A stretch of 64,000 nucleotides of DNA, taken from positions 582,288-646,287 of the forward strand of contig JAKLJL010000002.1 in NCBI GenBank assembly GCA_023151185.1, given 5' to 3'. The notes below the pieces were generated by a model, which was given only the letters and a program-made list of their open reading frames with translations, was not told the DNA's origin and did no database searches. Source of the stretch: Bacteroidota bacterium (lineage in GTDB: Bacteria; Bacteroidota; JABWAT01). How positions within the stretch are numbered: position 1 is the stretch's first letter; every line of letters starts with the position of its first letter. The position numbers were made by a program, and so were the translations under genes. This document shows positions 29,701 to 38,823 of the stretch, piece by piece.

Positions 29701-30543
29701 CCCTTCGATGAGAGTCCCTGGAACACTTTCCATTCTTTTTCCGGGCGAAGTCCCAAATCCCAGAAATAAATACTGGTTTTCAGAGTAAATATCATCATAC
29801 CAGGAAAATGCCCGGGAAGTAGAATCAAAATATATTCCCTGCTGAATATCAGAATAGAAATACCAGACCTGAGAGTCACTCCAAACATCCGGTTCGGTAG
29901 TTTCAGAAAACAGGGGAATTTCGACTGTTCCAGGTCCTGACGGCCGGGGGCCTGAACTCGAAAATACCCTTAGATTTTTTGGATTTTCTGTCTTTGAAAA
30001 TCCAAATGAGATCAGATCTGAGGCTGTAAGTTTAAAAATACCGGAGCGCAGCGGTTTCAACCTGACCCAAAGCCCGCTTTCAAACAGAGATTCGGCTGCT
30101 GTTGTTTTCTGAAATGCAATCCTTGAAGATTCCGGCTGCCTTTTCCCGGTGCCGGAAAGAGTAAATTTTGTACAAATAAGAACATCGTTTCCGGAAAACA
30201 CACCAATTTGGCGCCGTTTCCAGAATCGGAAATCAGGCTCGGAAGTGACGGTAACTGCCTGTGGTCTGGTACCGGGATCCGAAATTGAAAAAGAAACAAA
30301 GGACCCCCTTTCGGGAATGACTTCATCAGACGGATCAGACTCAGATCCCACGTAAATAATTTCACCGGAAGGGGAAACCATCAGCCGGGGATTTGACAAT
30401 GTCCAGACAGACTTGTCTCCTGCATCTCTTAGCTTGAAAAGTTTTGGAAGGTCCGGACGGATATCTGCATACCTGAAGTTTTGGGCTGTAAGAAGCCCGG
30501 AAGGCACCAAAAAAAGCAGCAAATAAAACAGGGTTTTAAGCAT
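26731..30543 (-). CDS. porU: T9SS C-terminal signal peptidase/sortase PorU (C25 gingipain-like cysteine peptidase) with its own CTD
   Basis: About 1270 aa from the Met at 30543 (signal peptide MLKTLFYLLLFLVPSGLLTAQ). The ORF track extends to 30699. C25 catalytic His in NYSGHGN and Cys in ITATCDFG. The C-terminal CTD is YPYPNPFGKTVRFFYNQ...IIKLMKYN. Confidence 0.7.
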   Translation of the reverse strand: MLKTLFYLLLFLVPSGLLTAQNFRYADIRPDLPKLFKLRDAGDKSVWTLSNPRLMVSPSGEIIYVGSESDPSDEVIPERGSFVSFSISDPGTRPQAVTVTSEPDFRFWKRRQIGVFSGNDVLICTKFTLSGTGKRQPESSRIAFQKTTAAESLFESGLWVRLKPLRSGIFKLTASDLISFGFSKTENPKNLRVFSSSGPRPSGPGTVEIPLFSETTEPDVWSDSQVWYFYSDIQQGIYFDSTSRAFSWYDDIYSENQYLFLGFGTSPGKRMESVPGTLIEGVSETGTAQFMVWENPESENLLKSGTLWVGPRISANSTQIWTQKLPDYVTGSPVLFRGSVLAQYPSTSLARLSILESGQYVVKDIITGYSNPANYEDKVARERTVSGQISKLNQDRASIEIALVSNGTATGWLDWFTLQYSRSLLASKTEIDFFQPSSGGPVNFRIGGFRDSGILVFNLDNPLSPKVVSQTSISGGDIRFGSILSPEKANRFFAVHKTDGVISAGSLSWERLGVSTVPDAFAAGIDYVIITPPQFTLPAKRLLAHRVAQNWNGAVVTTEDIYTHFSGGKANPEAIRKFIGQVYSAGSGVLKNVLLLGDASYDFKEIGGKKSFPGLIPTFESQESLLQRSTFCSDDDFSRVTSDGQFRVGIGRLPVVTVAEADQMVDKLINYDLNSEKGDWRMKVTMVADDGLTSSGDDYDLHTYNAEVVSTLIPPYLSVRKLYSVSFPTITTSEGRRKPEAANSLINYFNSGSVVINYSGHGNTKVWTHERILEIGAFLPRLTNSSKLPFLITATCDFGKYDDPDEQSAAELLVTQKETGVIGMFTTTRLVYTDRRLDGPYNLALNYYLFSNLFKKNDTGKNLSLGEVYTLTKQHFSELDVKTGKFYTDENVNKFSLLADPATRLLIPEGRGRLLNKEAELTQDSLIQFQIQSVGRLSGRLSELPAGNADQFSGSALIRLAGEPVTVTVPEWVSKPGTDVTEYQNEGSDIFKGLVSVSDGQFSMKFMVPSDVTPSRSPARVSGFLWNEKDAGLILSPRIQYISGGTGALTDTLPPSVSLFINDSSFSDGQRVANSGFLKAVISDSSGINTTGLGIGHQLLGILDNDLTGAIDMSPYFTANLNDFTTGTIEYPLSTVSAGPHEFKLKVWDSFNNGAESTIRFVVTEGTDFSVSNLYPYPNPFGKTVRFFYNQNLPDAKVQITASIYTLNGLLIRTLKQHPTETNNGGLLVWDGLDSDGDPVANGIYLARLVLKETGSGKTKTEIIKLMKYN

Positions 30544-30683
30544 AAAAATTAGGGCTGAATGATGAACTTTAGGTTCAAAATAATCAAAAAATATTACTTC
30601 TTTAGCATTCGGCCGATATGCAGTTTCCCTGTTTTGAATTGGTTCTAAGAAAGTTACGATTCCGGCGAAAGAAAAACAACCTG

Positions 30684-31028
30684 TCAGCCCGGAGGCCACA
30701 AAAATTTGCGCTTTCCAAGGAAATGGGCATGAAGATGAAAAACGGTTTGCCCGGCATCTTCATTGGCATTAAGAACAACCCGGTAGCCGGAATCAGAAAT
30801 TCCGAGTTCTTTGGCAATCCTGGCACCGGTCGCCAGGAGAGACCCGACCAGTTCCGGGTCAGATTCTGCAGCATCAGTTAAATTCCTGAAATGGATTTTA
30901 GGGATGACCAGAAAATGAACTGGCGCCTGAGGGTTAATGTCATTGAAGGCCAGTACAGAATCATCCTCATATACAGGATTTACCGGTATTTCTCCAGAAA
31001 CAAACTTACAAAAAAGACAGTCTGTCAT
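30684..31028 (-). CDS. HIT-family (histidine triad) nucleotide hydrolase/transferase
   Basis: 114 aa. HLHAH histidine-triad motif near the C-terminus, with typical Hint-like length and order. Confidence 0.8.
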   Translation of the reverse strand: MTDCLFCKFVSGEIPVNPVYEDDSVLAFNDINPQAPVHFLVIPKIHFRNLTDAAESDPELVGSLLATGARIAKELGISDSGYRVVLNANEDAGQTVFHLHAHFLGKRKFLWPPG

Positions 31029-31076
31029 TGGTATCCTCCGGATGGTTCAGGGGTAAACTTAATCATACCAACTTTA

Positions 31077-31108
31077 TTTGTAAAAAGAAACAGAGTTTCG
31101 TATTTTTG
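31077..31108 (+). promoter_or_regulatory. Bacteroidetes-type sigma-A promoter candidate upstream of glgA (-33 TTTG, 20-nt spacer, -7 TATTTTTG)
   Basis: TTTG at 31077-31080 and TATTTTTG at 31101-31108. This matches the Bacteroides consensus TTTG-N19-21-TAnnTTTG. The glgA ATG is at 31156. Confidence 0.35.
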
Positions 31109-31155
31109 TGAATATTTTCTTTTACAAACCTCCTCATAAGCTGATCGAGTTAGAG

Positions 31156-32637
31156 ATGGCCAAACCTGCAAGTGTTTTATATGTATCAACTGAAGTCAGT
31201 CCGTTTGCAAAAACCGGAGGACTCGCTGATGTTGCCAATTCCCTCCCGGTTTCCCTTTTCAATTCGGGCGTGGAAGTCCGTGTTGTCATGCCGAAGTATG
31301 GTTTTATCAGTGAACGGCGCAGCAGGCTCCATGAAGTTATCCGGCTGAAGGACATTCCTGTTTCCCTTAATGGTGAGACCAGGAAGATCAACGTCCGGGT
31401 AGGAGTTCTGCCCGAAACCCGGGTCCAGGTTTACTTCATCGATAATGAAGAGTTCTTCAAAAGAGACAGTCTCTATACCAACCCCAAAACCCAGTCAGAT
31501 TACGAGGATAACCACATCCGGTTTGCCTTTTTTGCCAAGAGTATTTTCGAGATGCTGAAAAGACTGGGCTGGCAGCCAAATATTATCCATTGTAATGAAT
31601 GGCATACAGGTCTGATTCCGTTATACCTTAAATCCCACTACCATCAGGACGAATTTTTCAGTCATACTAAAACTCTTTTCACTGTTCACAATACTGCCTA
31701 CCAGGGTATTTTCCCTTCTTCTCACTCGACTGTTCTCGACATTCCGTCTGAGTTCCAGAATGACCAGGGAGTTCTTCACAACGGAAGTCTTAACTTCCTT
31801 AAAACTGGGGTTCAATTTTCTGAATTTGTCAATACAATCAGCGATTTTTACGCCAAAGAAACCAAGACAAATGATGAAATGACAGGCGGTTTGTCCGGTG
31901 TTTTCGAGTCAAAAGGGGCTCATTACACCGGAATTGGAAACGGAATTGATTACAAAATCTGGAACCCTGAAACTGATTCCCTGATCCCGGCAAATTATTC
32001 GTTTGATCACCTTGCCGGCAAAAATGAGTGCAAAAAAGCCATCGTTGAAAAACTGGGCCTCCCCTTCCATGAGCATACACCTGTTTTGGGTATTGTAACC
32101 CGGATGGTGGACCTGAAGGGAATCGACTTAATGGTGGAAGCTATTCCTGATCTTCTTCAAAAAGAAGTTCAGATTGTTTTCATGGGGCAGGGCGAAGAAA
32201 AATACCAAAAAGTTCTCGAACAAATGAAGTCAAAGTATCCCGGAAAAATGGGAATTATGTTTTCCCATGATCAAACTCTGGCTCATCTTGTGTTTTCAGG
32301 CGCTGATATCTTCCTGATGCCCTCACGCTTCGAAACAAGTGCAACCAGCCACCTTCAGGCTTTAAGGTACGGCACCGTTCCGGTTGTCAAAGAAACCGGC
32401 TCTTTGGCTGATACCATCCAGGATGCCAAAGAGAATTCAAAGTCCGGGAACGGGTTTAAGTTCAGAGACTATTCAAAAACGGCCTTTCTCGAGTCTGTAG
32501 GACATGCTCTTGAGTTGTTTAAAAACCGTGAAAAATGGCTTCACATCATGAAAGCCGGCATGCACTCTGATCATTCATGGGAAAATACAGCGTTGGGTTA
32601 TCAGGGACTTTATAAAAAAATTCTCAAGGAAAAGTGA
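31156..32637 (+). CDS. glgA: Glycogen (starch) synthase, GT5
   Basis: The N-terminus SPFAKTGGLADV is the KTGGL motif. Colinear with GlgA. An ATG at 31156 is preferred over the GTG at 31108. Confidence 0.85.
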   Translation: MAKPASVLYVSTEVSPFAKTGGLADVANSLPVSLFNSGVEVRVVMPKYGFISERRSRLHEVIRLKDIPVSLNGETRKINVRVGVLPETRVQVYFIDNEEFFKRDSLYTNPKTQSDYEDNHIRFAFFAKSIFEMLKRLGWQPNIIHCNEWHTGLIPLYLKSHYHQDEFFSHTKTLFTVHNTAYQGIFPSSHSTVLDIPSEFQNDQGVLHNGSLNFLKTGVQFSEFVNTISDFYAKETKTNDEMTGGLSGVFESKGAHYTGIGNGIDYKIWNPETDSLIPANYSFDHLAGKNECKKAIVEKLGLPFHEHTPVLGIVTRMVDLKGIDLMVEAIPDLLQKEVQIVFMGQGEEKYQKVLEQMKSKYPGKMGIMFSHDQTLAHLVFSGADIFLMPSRFETSATSHLQALRYGTVPVVKETGSLADTIQDAKENSKSGNGFKFRDYSKTAFLESVGHALELFKNREKWLHIMKAGMHSDHSWENTALGYQGLYKKILKEK

Positions 32638-33206
32638 AACCCGGTATTTTTATTGACCGGGACGGAACCCTGATCCGGGAAGTCAATTATCTTCACAAAC
32701 CCGACCAGGTTATCCTGATCTCGGGTATGTCAGAAGCTATTAAAAGGGCAAATGAAATCGGCATACCGGTTATTGTAATTTCAAATCAGTCTGGTGTAGG
32801 GCGGGGATTCTTTACTCTGGAAGATGTTTTCCGTGTTCACCGCCATATTGATGAGGTACTGCTGGATTCAGGAGCTTTTATAACCGGCTGGTTCGTATGT
32901 CCTCACCTTCCCCCTGCCGGGAAATCCCCAATTTCTGATTGTTCCTGCCGGAAACCTAAACCCGGGCTATTTCTTGAAGCAGCCGGAATTCATGGTATCG
33001 ATCTGTTCAAATCTGTCATGGTTGGGGATAAATCCATTGATATAGAAGCCGGAAAGGCACTTTCTATGCAAACAGGTTTGGTAGAAACCGGATACGGCCG
33101 GAAAACTTTAGCTGAATCAGAACTATTCAAACCCGACTTCGTCTTTACCACCGCCTCGGTGGCCCTTCATTTCTTTCTGGATCAATATGAGAAACTACTC
33201 AATTAA
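32634..33206 (+). CDS. gmhB: D,D-heptose 1,7-bisphosphate phosphatase-like HAD-IIIA phosphatase (GmhB family)
   Basis: FIDRDGTL, VISNQSGVGRG, and CSCRKPKPG (Cx-CRKP-PG zinc-binding loop), then GDK..D. GTG start overlapping the glgA stop by 4 nt. Confidence 0.7.
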   Translation: MKPGIFIDRDGTLIREVNYLHKPDQVILISGMSEAIKRANEIGIPVIVISNQSGVGRGFFTLEDVFRVHRHIDEVLLDSGAFITGWFVCPHLPPAGKSPISDCSCRKPKPGLFLEAAGIHGIDLFKSVMVGDKSIDIEAGKALSMQTGLVETGYGRKTLAESELFKPDFVFTTASVALHFFLDQYEKLLN

Positions 33207-34446
33207 ATTTAACAGTTTTACCCCTTTCCTTTTGGTAACCTCCTTTTGGTTTGCAAGCTGCAGTGATGATAACCCGGAACTTGGTGCTGACCTGATTGAT
33301 GACAGTTTGAAACCGGTTTTGAGTTCTGTATCAACGGATACTCTTCCTGGTTCCTTTACGGTTGAATATGTAGATTACAACCCGGTCACGTCAAGTTCAA
33401 CCCGTCTGGTTATCGGTTCTGGCTCAACCGATATCGGAAGAATTGACGCAGCAGGAATTATCCGTCTGATTCCTTCAACAAAAGCATTTGAACCGGATTC
33501 GATGGTTAAAATTCTTTCCGCAAGAATATTCTTAACTCCGTTTTTTGTCACCAAAAACTCAGTCTCTGTTCCTTACAGCACCGGTGACACCACTCAGCCA
33601 TTTAATATCAAGATTTCTGTTCTGGGCGAAAGGACCTATTTCTCCCAGAAAAAGCTGAAAGATGATGTCCCCGTAACAGGACTGCCGGTTGCCGACACAA
33701 CCTTTACCGGGAACCAGTGGAATACCTTTTCATTCGCTGCCAGCGATACCAACTGGGTTCGGAAAATGATACAGGGAATGAATTCCGTTTCAGATACGTC
33801 CACCCTTTATGAAGATAATTTTGGGCTTAAAATTTATTCTGGCAATTCGGGAAACCGAACACTGGGGATCTATGGTTTTGCCTCAAATGAGAGTGTGCTG
33901 AATTACGATTACGAACCCCAGCTAAAAGTGACTGCACTGGTAAAATCAGGCTCAAAAACTGATACTTTATCTGCCTCCTTTTACCTAGGATCCGCCAATC
34001 AGCTTTCAAAATTTACCCAGCTTGGTCCCTGGTGGTCAGGAAATAATTTTGTTGTTCTGGCCGGATTAAGTGGGTTAAGACCTCTGATCAAATTTGATAG
34101 TCCCTCCGTTGTTCCATCTAAAGTATTGTTTTATTCAGCTCTCATGAGTGCTGAATATGATACAACCGTATCCAAAGTAATTGACTCAGATTATTTTGCA
34201 GTCTGGAATTCAACTACCGACAAGGTTTTGCAGTCCCCCGGCCTTTTCTCCACTTTTGGCAAGGAAAACAGCGTTTCATTGAGCGTGGCTTCCCTTGCCC
34301 AATACTGGAGTCTGAACTCGACAGAAAAGGGGTTTTTCCTGATCCCATCCGGTGAGCTGAACCGAACTGAGATGCAGGCCATCTACCTGAACCATTCCGA
34401 TCCGGATAAGAAACTATCCTTCACTTTTACCTATACTGGTCTGTAA
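33187..34446 (+). CDS. Lipoprotein of unknown function (possibly DUF4270-like)
   Basis: 419 aa. Lipobox LLVTSFWFASC at the N-terminus. Overlaps the gmhB-like gene by 20 nt. Confidence 0.4.
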   Translation: MRNYSIKFNSFTPFLLVTSFWFASCSDDNPELGADLIDDSLKPVLSSVSTDTLPGSFTVEYVDYNPVTSSSTRLVIGSGSTDIGRIDAAGIIRLIPSTKAFEPDSMVKILSARIFLTPFFVTKNSVSVPYSTGDTTQPFNIKISVLGERTYFSQKKLKDDVPVTGLPVADTTFTGNQWNTFSFAASDTNWVRKMIQGMNSVSDTSTLYEDNFGLKIYSGNSGNRTLGIYGFASNESVLNYDYEPQLKVTALVKSGSKTDTLSASFYLGSANQLSKFTQLGPWWSGNNFVVLAGLSGLRPLIKFDSPSVVPSKVLFYSALMSAEYDTTVSKVIDSDYFAVWNSTTDKVLQSPGLFSTFGKENSVSLSVASLAQYWSLNSTEKGFFLIPSGELNRTEMQAIYLNHSDPDKKLSFTFTYTGL

Positions 34447-34449
34447 TTT

Positions 34450-35685
34450 ATGAAGCGCATTTTCTTTTTAAGCATTTTACTATTCCTTGCCAGACCTATT
34501 GTTTTTGCTGGCGCAAATGGCCCGATAACATCATCAATTGGTATTGGCACACTGAAAACCGGCGCCATTCTTGGCATGAATGGAATCGGTGGAGCCGGTA
34601 CCGCATTGCCCTCCTATTCCTTTTTCAATGGACTAAATCCGGCTCAATGGGTCTATTCAAGATCTACTCACCTGATCTCCGGCTTTGACTACACGGGAAA
34701 CACCCAATCATATGGGGGAGGATCCGCTTTTTCAGGTTCTGCCGGGTTTTCTGGTCTTATCTTTATCTTCCCGGTTAAAAATGATTTCAATTTCGGACTG
34801 AGCCTATTACCCTATTCCCTAAGCAATTTTGAAGTCAATTCAACTGAGTCCTTTCAGGGAGTTTCTCATGAGGTCAGGTATTATGGAACCGGAGGACTTA
34901 GTCAAGCCGGACTTTCAGGCGCCTGGAAAGTGACCTCAGCCACAAGCATTGGCGGAACAATTTCTTATTATTTCGGTAATACCACACAAAACCGGTCACT
35001 GGTATTTTCCTCAACCGGAGTGACAACAGAAAGAATCGTTTCAAATAAGGTAAAAGGGGCCGGGGTTGGCCTTTCAGTTATGACACTCGCTGCTGAAAAT
35101 CTATTCAAAGAAAATGACCGGCTGTTTTTTTCAGGAATGGCCGACATTCCGTTTACCTTAACCGGAACCCGGGATATTGAGAATTTTTCTGATCTCGTTG
35201 ATGATACATTGAAAACCTCTGAATCCTCGACCCTTAAACTCGGAAAGGCATTCAGGGCCGGATTGGGGTACCAGGTTGGTTCGAGGTTTTTTGCTGCCGC
35301 AGACCTGGTGTACAAAACAACTTCCGAAATTGCCTATGACAACGGACCAACCGGCAGCCATAGTGATGTTTTGACTTTACGGACGGGACTTTCTTATATT
35401 CCCGACAATTCAGCAGGTGCATATTATTTTGAAAGAATGAACTATCGTGCCGGCTTCTTCATCGGGAATTCTGCAGTAAAAGTAAAGGGTATCACTCAGG
35501 ATGAAGCAGGTTTGACTGCTGGACTCGGGTTTCCCCTTCCTCAAATGAAAACACTGCTTGATCTGTCAGGAGGTGTCAGTTGGAAAGGTTATCTGAATGA
35601 CTGCCCTGCAAAGGACACCGAATTCAGCCTTTCGGTTGGCATCAATTTAAATGAACTTTGGCTCCAGAAAAGAATTATCGACTAA
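34450..35685 (+). CDS. Putative outer-membrane beta-barrel protein
   Basis: 411 aa. Signal peptide, Gly/Ser/aromatic-rich with alternating strand pattern. Confidence 0.35.
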   Translation: MKRIFFLSILLFLARPIVFAGANGPITSSIGIGTLKTGAILGMNGIGGAGTALPSYSFFNGLNPAQWVYSRSTHLISGFDYTGNTQSYGGGSAFSGSAGFSGLIFIFPVKNDFNFGLSLLPYSLSNFEVNSTESFQGVSHEVRYYGTGGLSQAGLSGAWKVTSATSIGGTISYYFGNTTQNRSLVFSSTGVTTERIVSNKVKGAGVGLSVMTLAAENLFKENDRLFFSGMADIPFTLTGTRDIENFSDLVDDTLKTSESSTLKLGKAFRAGLGYQVGSRFFAAADLVYKTTSEIAYDNGPTGSHSDVLTLRTGLSYIPDNSAGAYYFERMNYRAGFFIGNSAVKVKGITQDEAGLTAGLGFPLPQMKTLLDLSGGVSWKGYLNDCPAKDTEFSLSVGINLNELWLQKRIID

Positions 35686-35700
35686 ACAAAAGGTATCATT

Positions 35701-36996
35701 ATGAAACGGCTAATCCTTACCCTGCTTTCAGGCCTGGCTGCCTTGACAACCCTAACTGCCCAAACTACCGATCCGGGTGTAAATACCAGCCTGATTAACC
35801 GGAACTGGAGCCTTTTTTTCGAATACCATAAAAACAAGGATTTTATATCTTCTGTAAAGTATGGTATGTGGCTGGTTAAGAATGCCCCTGATGCAAAAAA
35901 AACATTGTGGGCAAAACTGAATGAATCTTATTACAGCCTGGCAAATGATTCAACTCTGGCACCTGAGGTAAAGGCAGCATACTTCGATACCTCTATGTAT
36001 ATTCTGAATCTGGGAATCAAATACACGCCAGACAAAGCAAAATCCTTTTATGTGATAAAAGGATATAACTTTGAAACTTTCCCTGGGGGTAACTCTGACA
36101 GTGCAATTGGCAATTACCTGGCAGCCTTTAAACTTGGGTTCCAGGATGTGGACTACCGGTTTATCGTTCGCTGCGGGCAGCTTATGGCCAAAAAAGAGCA
36201 GATCGGTGATGCCATTGACCTCTATTCTTCTGCAAAAGACTTCATGGATGCCAACGGCCAGGCAGATGCTTCGGCATTTCTGGTCAATGAATTAAATGGT
36301 ATTGCCAGCCCGGAACAGATTATTGACGTTAACAATAAAACACTTGCTATCGAAACTTCAACAGAAAAGAAACTGAAGCTCAGATGGCAGAACTTCAAAC
36401 TTTATCTGAACCAACTTAAAGAGGATGATAAAGCTCTTGCCGAAGTTCTCGAAATTCTGAAACTCGAGCAAACTTCCTACGCCTACCGGATGGCCGGTCA
36501 ATCCTACTACAACCTTGGGAAATATTCCAATGCAGTCGAAATGTATCAGAAATCGCTGAAACTGGAAGAATCGAAGGAAGACTATCTGAATATTGCCCAA
36601 TGCTATGTAAATCTGGACAGGGGTCAATCTGCAAAGGAATTTGCCTATAAAGCTCTGAAACTGGATAAAGGTCTTGGCAGAGCCTACCTGGTTATCGGTC
36701 AGGCCTATGAAGCGGCTGTTTCTTCCTGTGTCTCTCAAAAAGGGGGCTGGGCGGAAATAAAATTCGATGATAAAGTAGTTTATCTGGCAGTACTGGATAT
36801 GTATCAAAAGGCAAAAGCTGTTGAACCTGCTTTAACCGGAGAGGTTAACCAACGGATCAACAGCATTTATTCAAGCAATTTATTACCGACAAAGTCTGAT
36901 TACTTTTTCAAAAAGAAGAAATCGGGCGATAAAATCCAGGTTAAAGGAAATTGTTATAACTGGATCGGTGAAACGGTTACTGTGCCTAGCTTCTAA
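35701..36996 (+). CDS. TPR-repeat protein with signal peptide
   Basis: 431 aa. Signal peptide ending TLTAQ, and repeated A..Y...G/AY..LG TPR-like helices. Confidence 0.45.
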   Translation: MKRLILTLLSGLAALTTLTAQTTDPGVNTSLINRNWSLFFEYHKNKDFISSVKYGMWLVKNAPDAKKTLWAKLNESYYSLANDSTLAPEVKAAYFDTSMYILNLGIKYTPDKAKSFYVIKGYNFETFPGGNSDSAIGNYLAAFKLGFQDVDYRFIVRCGQLMAKKEQIGDAIDLYSSAKDFMDANGQADASAFLVNELNGIASPEQIIDVNNKTLAIETSTEKKLKLRWQNFKLYLNQLKEDDKALAEVLEILKLEQTSYAYRMAGQSYYNLGKYSNAVEMYQKSLKLEESKEDYLNIAQCYVNLDRGQSAKEFAYKALKLDKGLGRAYLVIGQAYEAAVSSCVSQKGGWAEIKFDDKVVYLAVLDMYQKAKAVEPALTGEVNQRINSIYSSNLLPTKSDYFFKKKKSGDKIQVKGNCYNWIGETVTVPSF

Positions 36997-37000
36997 GCAA

Positions 37001-37441
37001 ATGATCTTCCTTTCAACCGACCATGCCGGAATCAAACTCAAGCAGGAACTCGTAGATTTCCTGCTTGAGAAAAAACTTGAAGTTCAGGATCTGGGACCAT
37101 TTTCTGAAGAAAGTTCTGATTATCCTGATTTTGCACAGTTGTTGTGCCGCCATGTTCTTAATTCTCCAAACTCTCTCGGGGTATTGATTTGCGGAAGCGG
37201 AATCGGGATGAGTATCGCCGCCAACCGGTTTAAAGGAATCCGGGCTGCATTGGTTTGGAATGAAGACACGGCCAGACTGTCCAGACAGCATAATAATGCC
37301 AATGTTTTGGTTCTCCCTGCCCGGTTTATCACTTCGGATGAAGCAAAAAAACTTCTTGAAACCTGGCTTTCATTTGAATTTGAAGGCGGCAGACATGAAC
37401 GCAGGGTGCAAAAAATTGAATCTGGTCTGTCAAATTCATAA
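37001..37441 (+). CDS. rpiB: Ribose-5-phosphate isomerase B (RpiB/LacAB family)
   Basis: MIFLSTDHAG...LICGSGIGMSIAANR...ANVLVLPARF, with the catalytic Cys and His region conserved. ATG at 37001. Confidence 0.85.
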   Translation: MIFLSTDHAGIKLKQELVDFLLEKKLEVQDLGPFSEESSDYPDFAQLLCRHVLNSPNSLGVLICGSGIGMSIAANRFKGIRAALVWNEDTARLSRQHNNANVLVLPARFITSDEAKKLLETWLSFEFEGGRHERRVQKIESGLSNS

Positions 37442-37473
37442 CATTGCGTCTGTTGTTTTATTCTTTGAATTTT

Positions 37474-37505
37474 AAGCCACTTTTTGAGTGGCTTTTTAAT
37501 TTTAA
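37474..37505 (+). terminator. Rho-independent terminator after rpiB
   Basis: Perfect 7-bp stem AGCCACT/AGTGGCT with loop TTTTG, followed by TTTTAATTTTAAAT. Confidence 0.6.
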
Positions 37506-37520
37506 ATCTGGGAATTTCTT

Positions 37521-38819
37521 ATGGCCCTCTCTCATCTTGCTTCAAGTGATCCTGAATTATTTACAGCCATTCAAAATGAAACCCGCAGGCAAACTGAAAA
37601 AATTGAGCTGATTGCCAGCGAGAATTATGTTTCTGAATCTGTATTGGAAGCTGCTGGCAGTGTTCTTACAAATAAGTATGCTGAGGGATATCCCGGGAAA
37701 CGGTATTATGGCGGTTGCGAATGGGTTGATGTTGCTGAGAATTTAGCCAAGGACCGGCTGAAAGAACTCTTTGGGGCAGAATATGCCAATGTTCAGCCAC
37801 ACTCGGGCAGTCAGGCAAATATGGCGGTATATTTCACTTTTTTAAAACCCGGCGACACCATTCTGGGTCTCGACCTGAATCACGGTGGCCACCTTACCCA
37901 CGGGTCGCCTGTTAATTTTTCAGGTCAGCTTTATTCTGTTGTTTCTTACGGAGTATCCAAAGAAACCGGCAGGATAGACATGAACCAGGTTCAGGAGCTT
38001 GCCCTGAAACATAAGCCAAAAATGATTGTGGTGGGGGCAAGTGCCTATACCCGGGATTACGACTATGCCACATTCAGGAAAATTGCAGATCAGACCGGAG
38101 CCTTTCTTTGGGCAGACATTGCCCATCCTGCAGGATTAATTGCAACCGGAAAACTAAATAATCCCCTACCGCATTGCCATGTTGTGACCTCAACAACCCA
38201 CAAAACCCTAAGAGGTCCACGGGGCGGCGTTATTTTACTGGGAAAGGATTTTGAAAATCCGTTTGGCCTTACCATGCCCAAGACCGGCAGATTGAAAATG
38301 ATGAGTGAGATATTTGACTCCAAAGTCATGCCGGGCATTCAGGGTGGACCGCTGATGCATGTCATTGCAGCAAAGGCTACTGCTTTCAAAGAGGCCCTTT
38401 CCCCTGGTTTTTCGGACTACACCTCCCAAATCATGCAGAATGCAAAAAAACTGGCTGCAGAACTTACCCAAAAGGACTATCACCTGATATCTGGCGGAAC
38501 GGATAACCATTTGATGCTGATTGACCTCCGGAATAAATCCATTACCGGAAAGGAAGCCGAAATTGCCCTTGGAAAAGCCGGTATCACAGTCAACAAAAAC
38601 ATGGTTCCCTTCGATACCCAATCCCCCTTTGTTACATCGGGCATCCGGATCGGAACACCTGCTGTTACATCACGGGGGCTCAAAGAAACAGAAATGAGCC
38701 AACTGGCTTCCTGGATCGATGAGGCAATCTGCAACCATCAGAACGACCAGAAACTTGACGGGATTAAAGAGGAAGTCAGGCACTTTTCTTCTGGTTACCC
38801 GATTCATCCGGTAATCTGA
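37521..38819 (+). CDS. glyA: Serine hydroxymethyltransferase
   Basis: [37 protein letters not shown] and the PLP-lysine region [14 protein letters not shown]. Confidence 0.95.
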   Translation: MALSHLASSDPELFTAIQNETRRQTEKIELIASENYVSESVLEAAGSVLTNKYAEGYPGKRYYGGCEWVDVAENLAKDRLKELFGAEYANVQPHSGSQANMAVYFTFLKPGDTILGLDLNHGGHLTHGSPVNFSGQLYSVVSYGVSKETGRIDMNQVQELALKHKPKMIVVGASAYTRDYDYATFRKIADQTGAFLWADIAHPAGLIATGKLNNPLPHCHVVTSTTHKTLRGPRGGVILLGKDFENPFGLTMPKTGRLKMMSEIFDSKVMPGIQGGPLMHVIAAKATAFKEALSPGFSDYTSQIMQNAKKLAAELTQKDYHLISGGTDNHLMLIDLRNKSITGKEAEIALGKAGITVNKNMVPFDTQSPFVTSGIRIGTPAVTSRGLKETEMSQLASWIDEAICNHQNDQKLDGIKEEVRHFSSGYPIHPVI

Positions 38820-38823
38820 TCGT

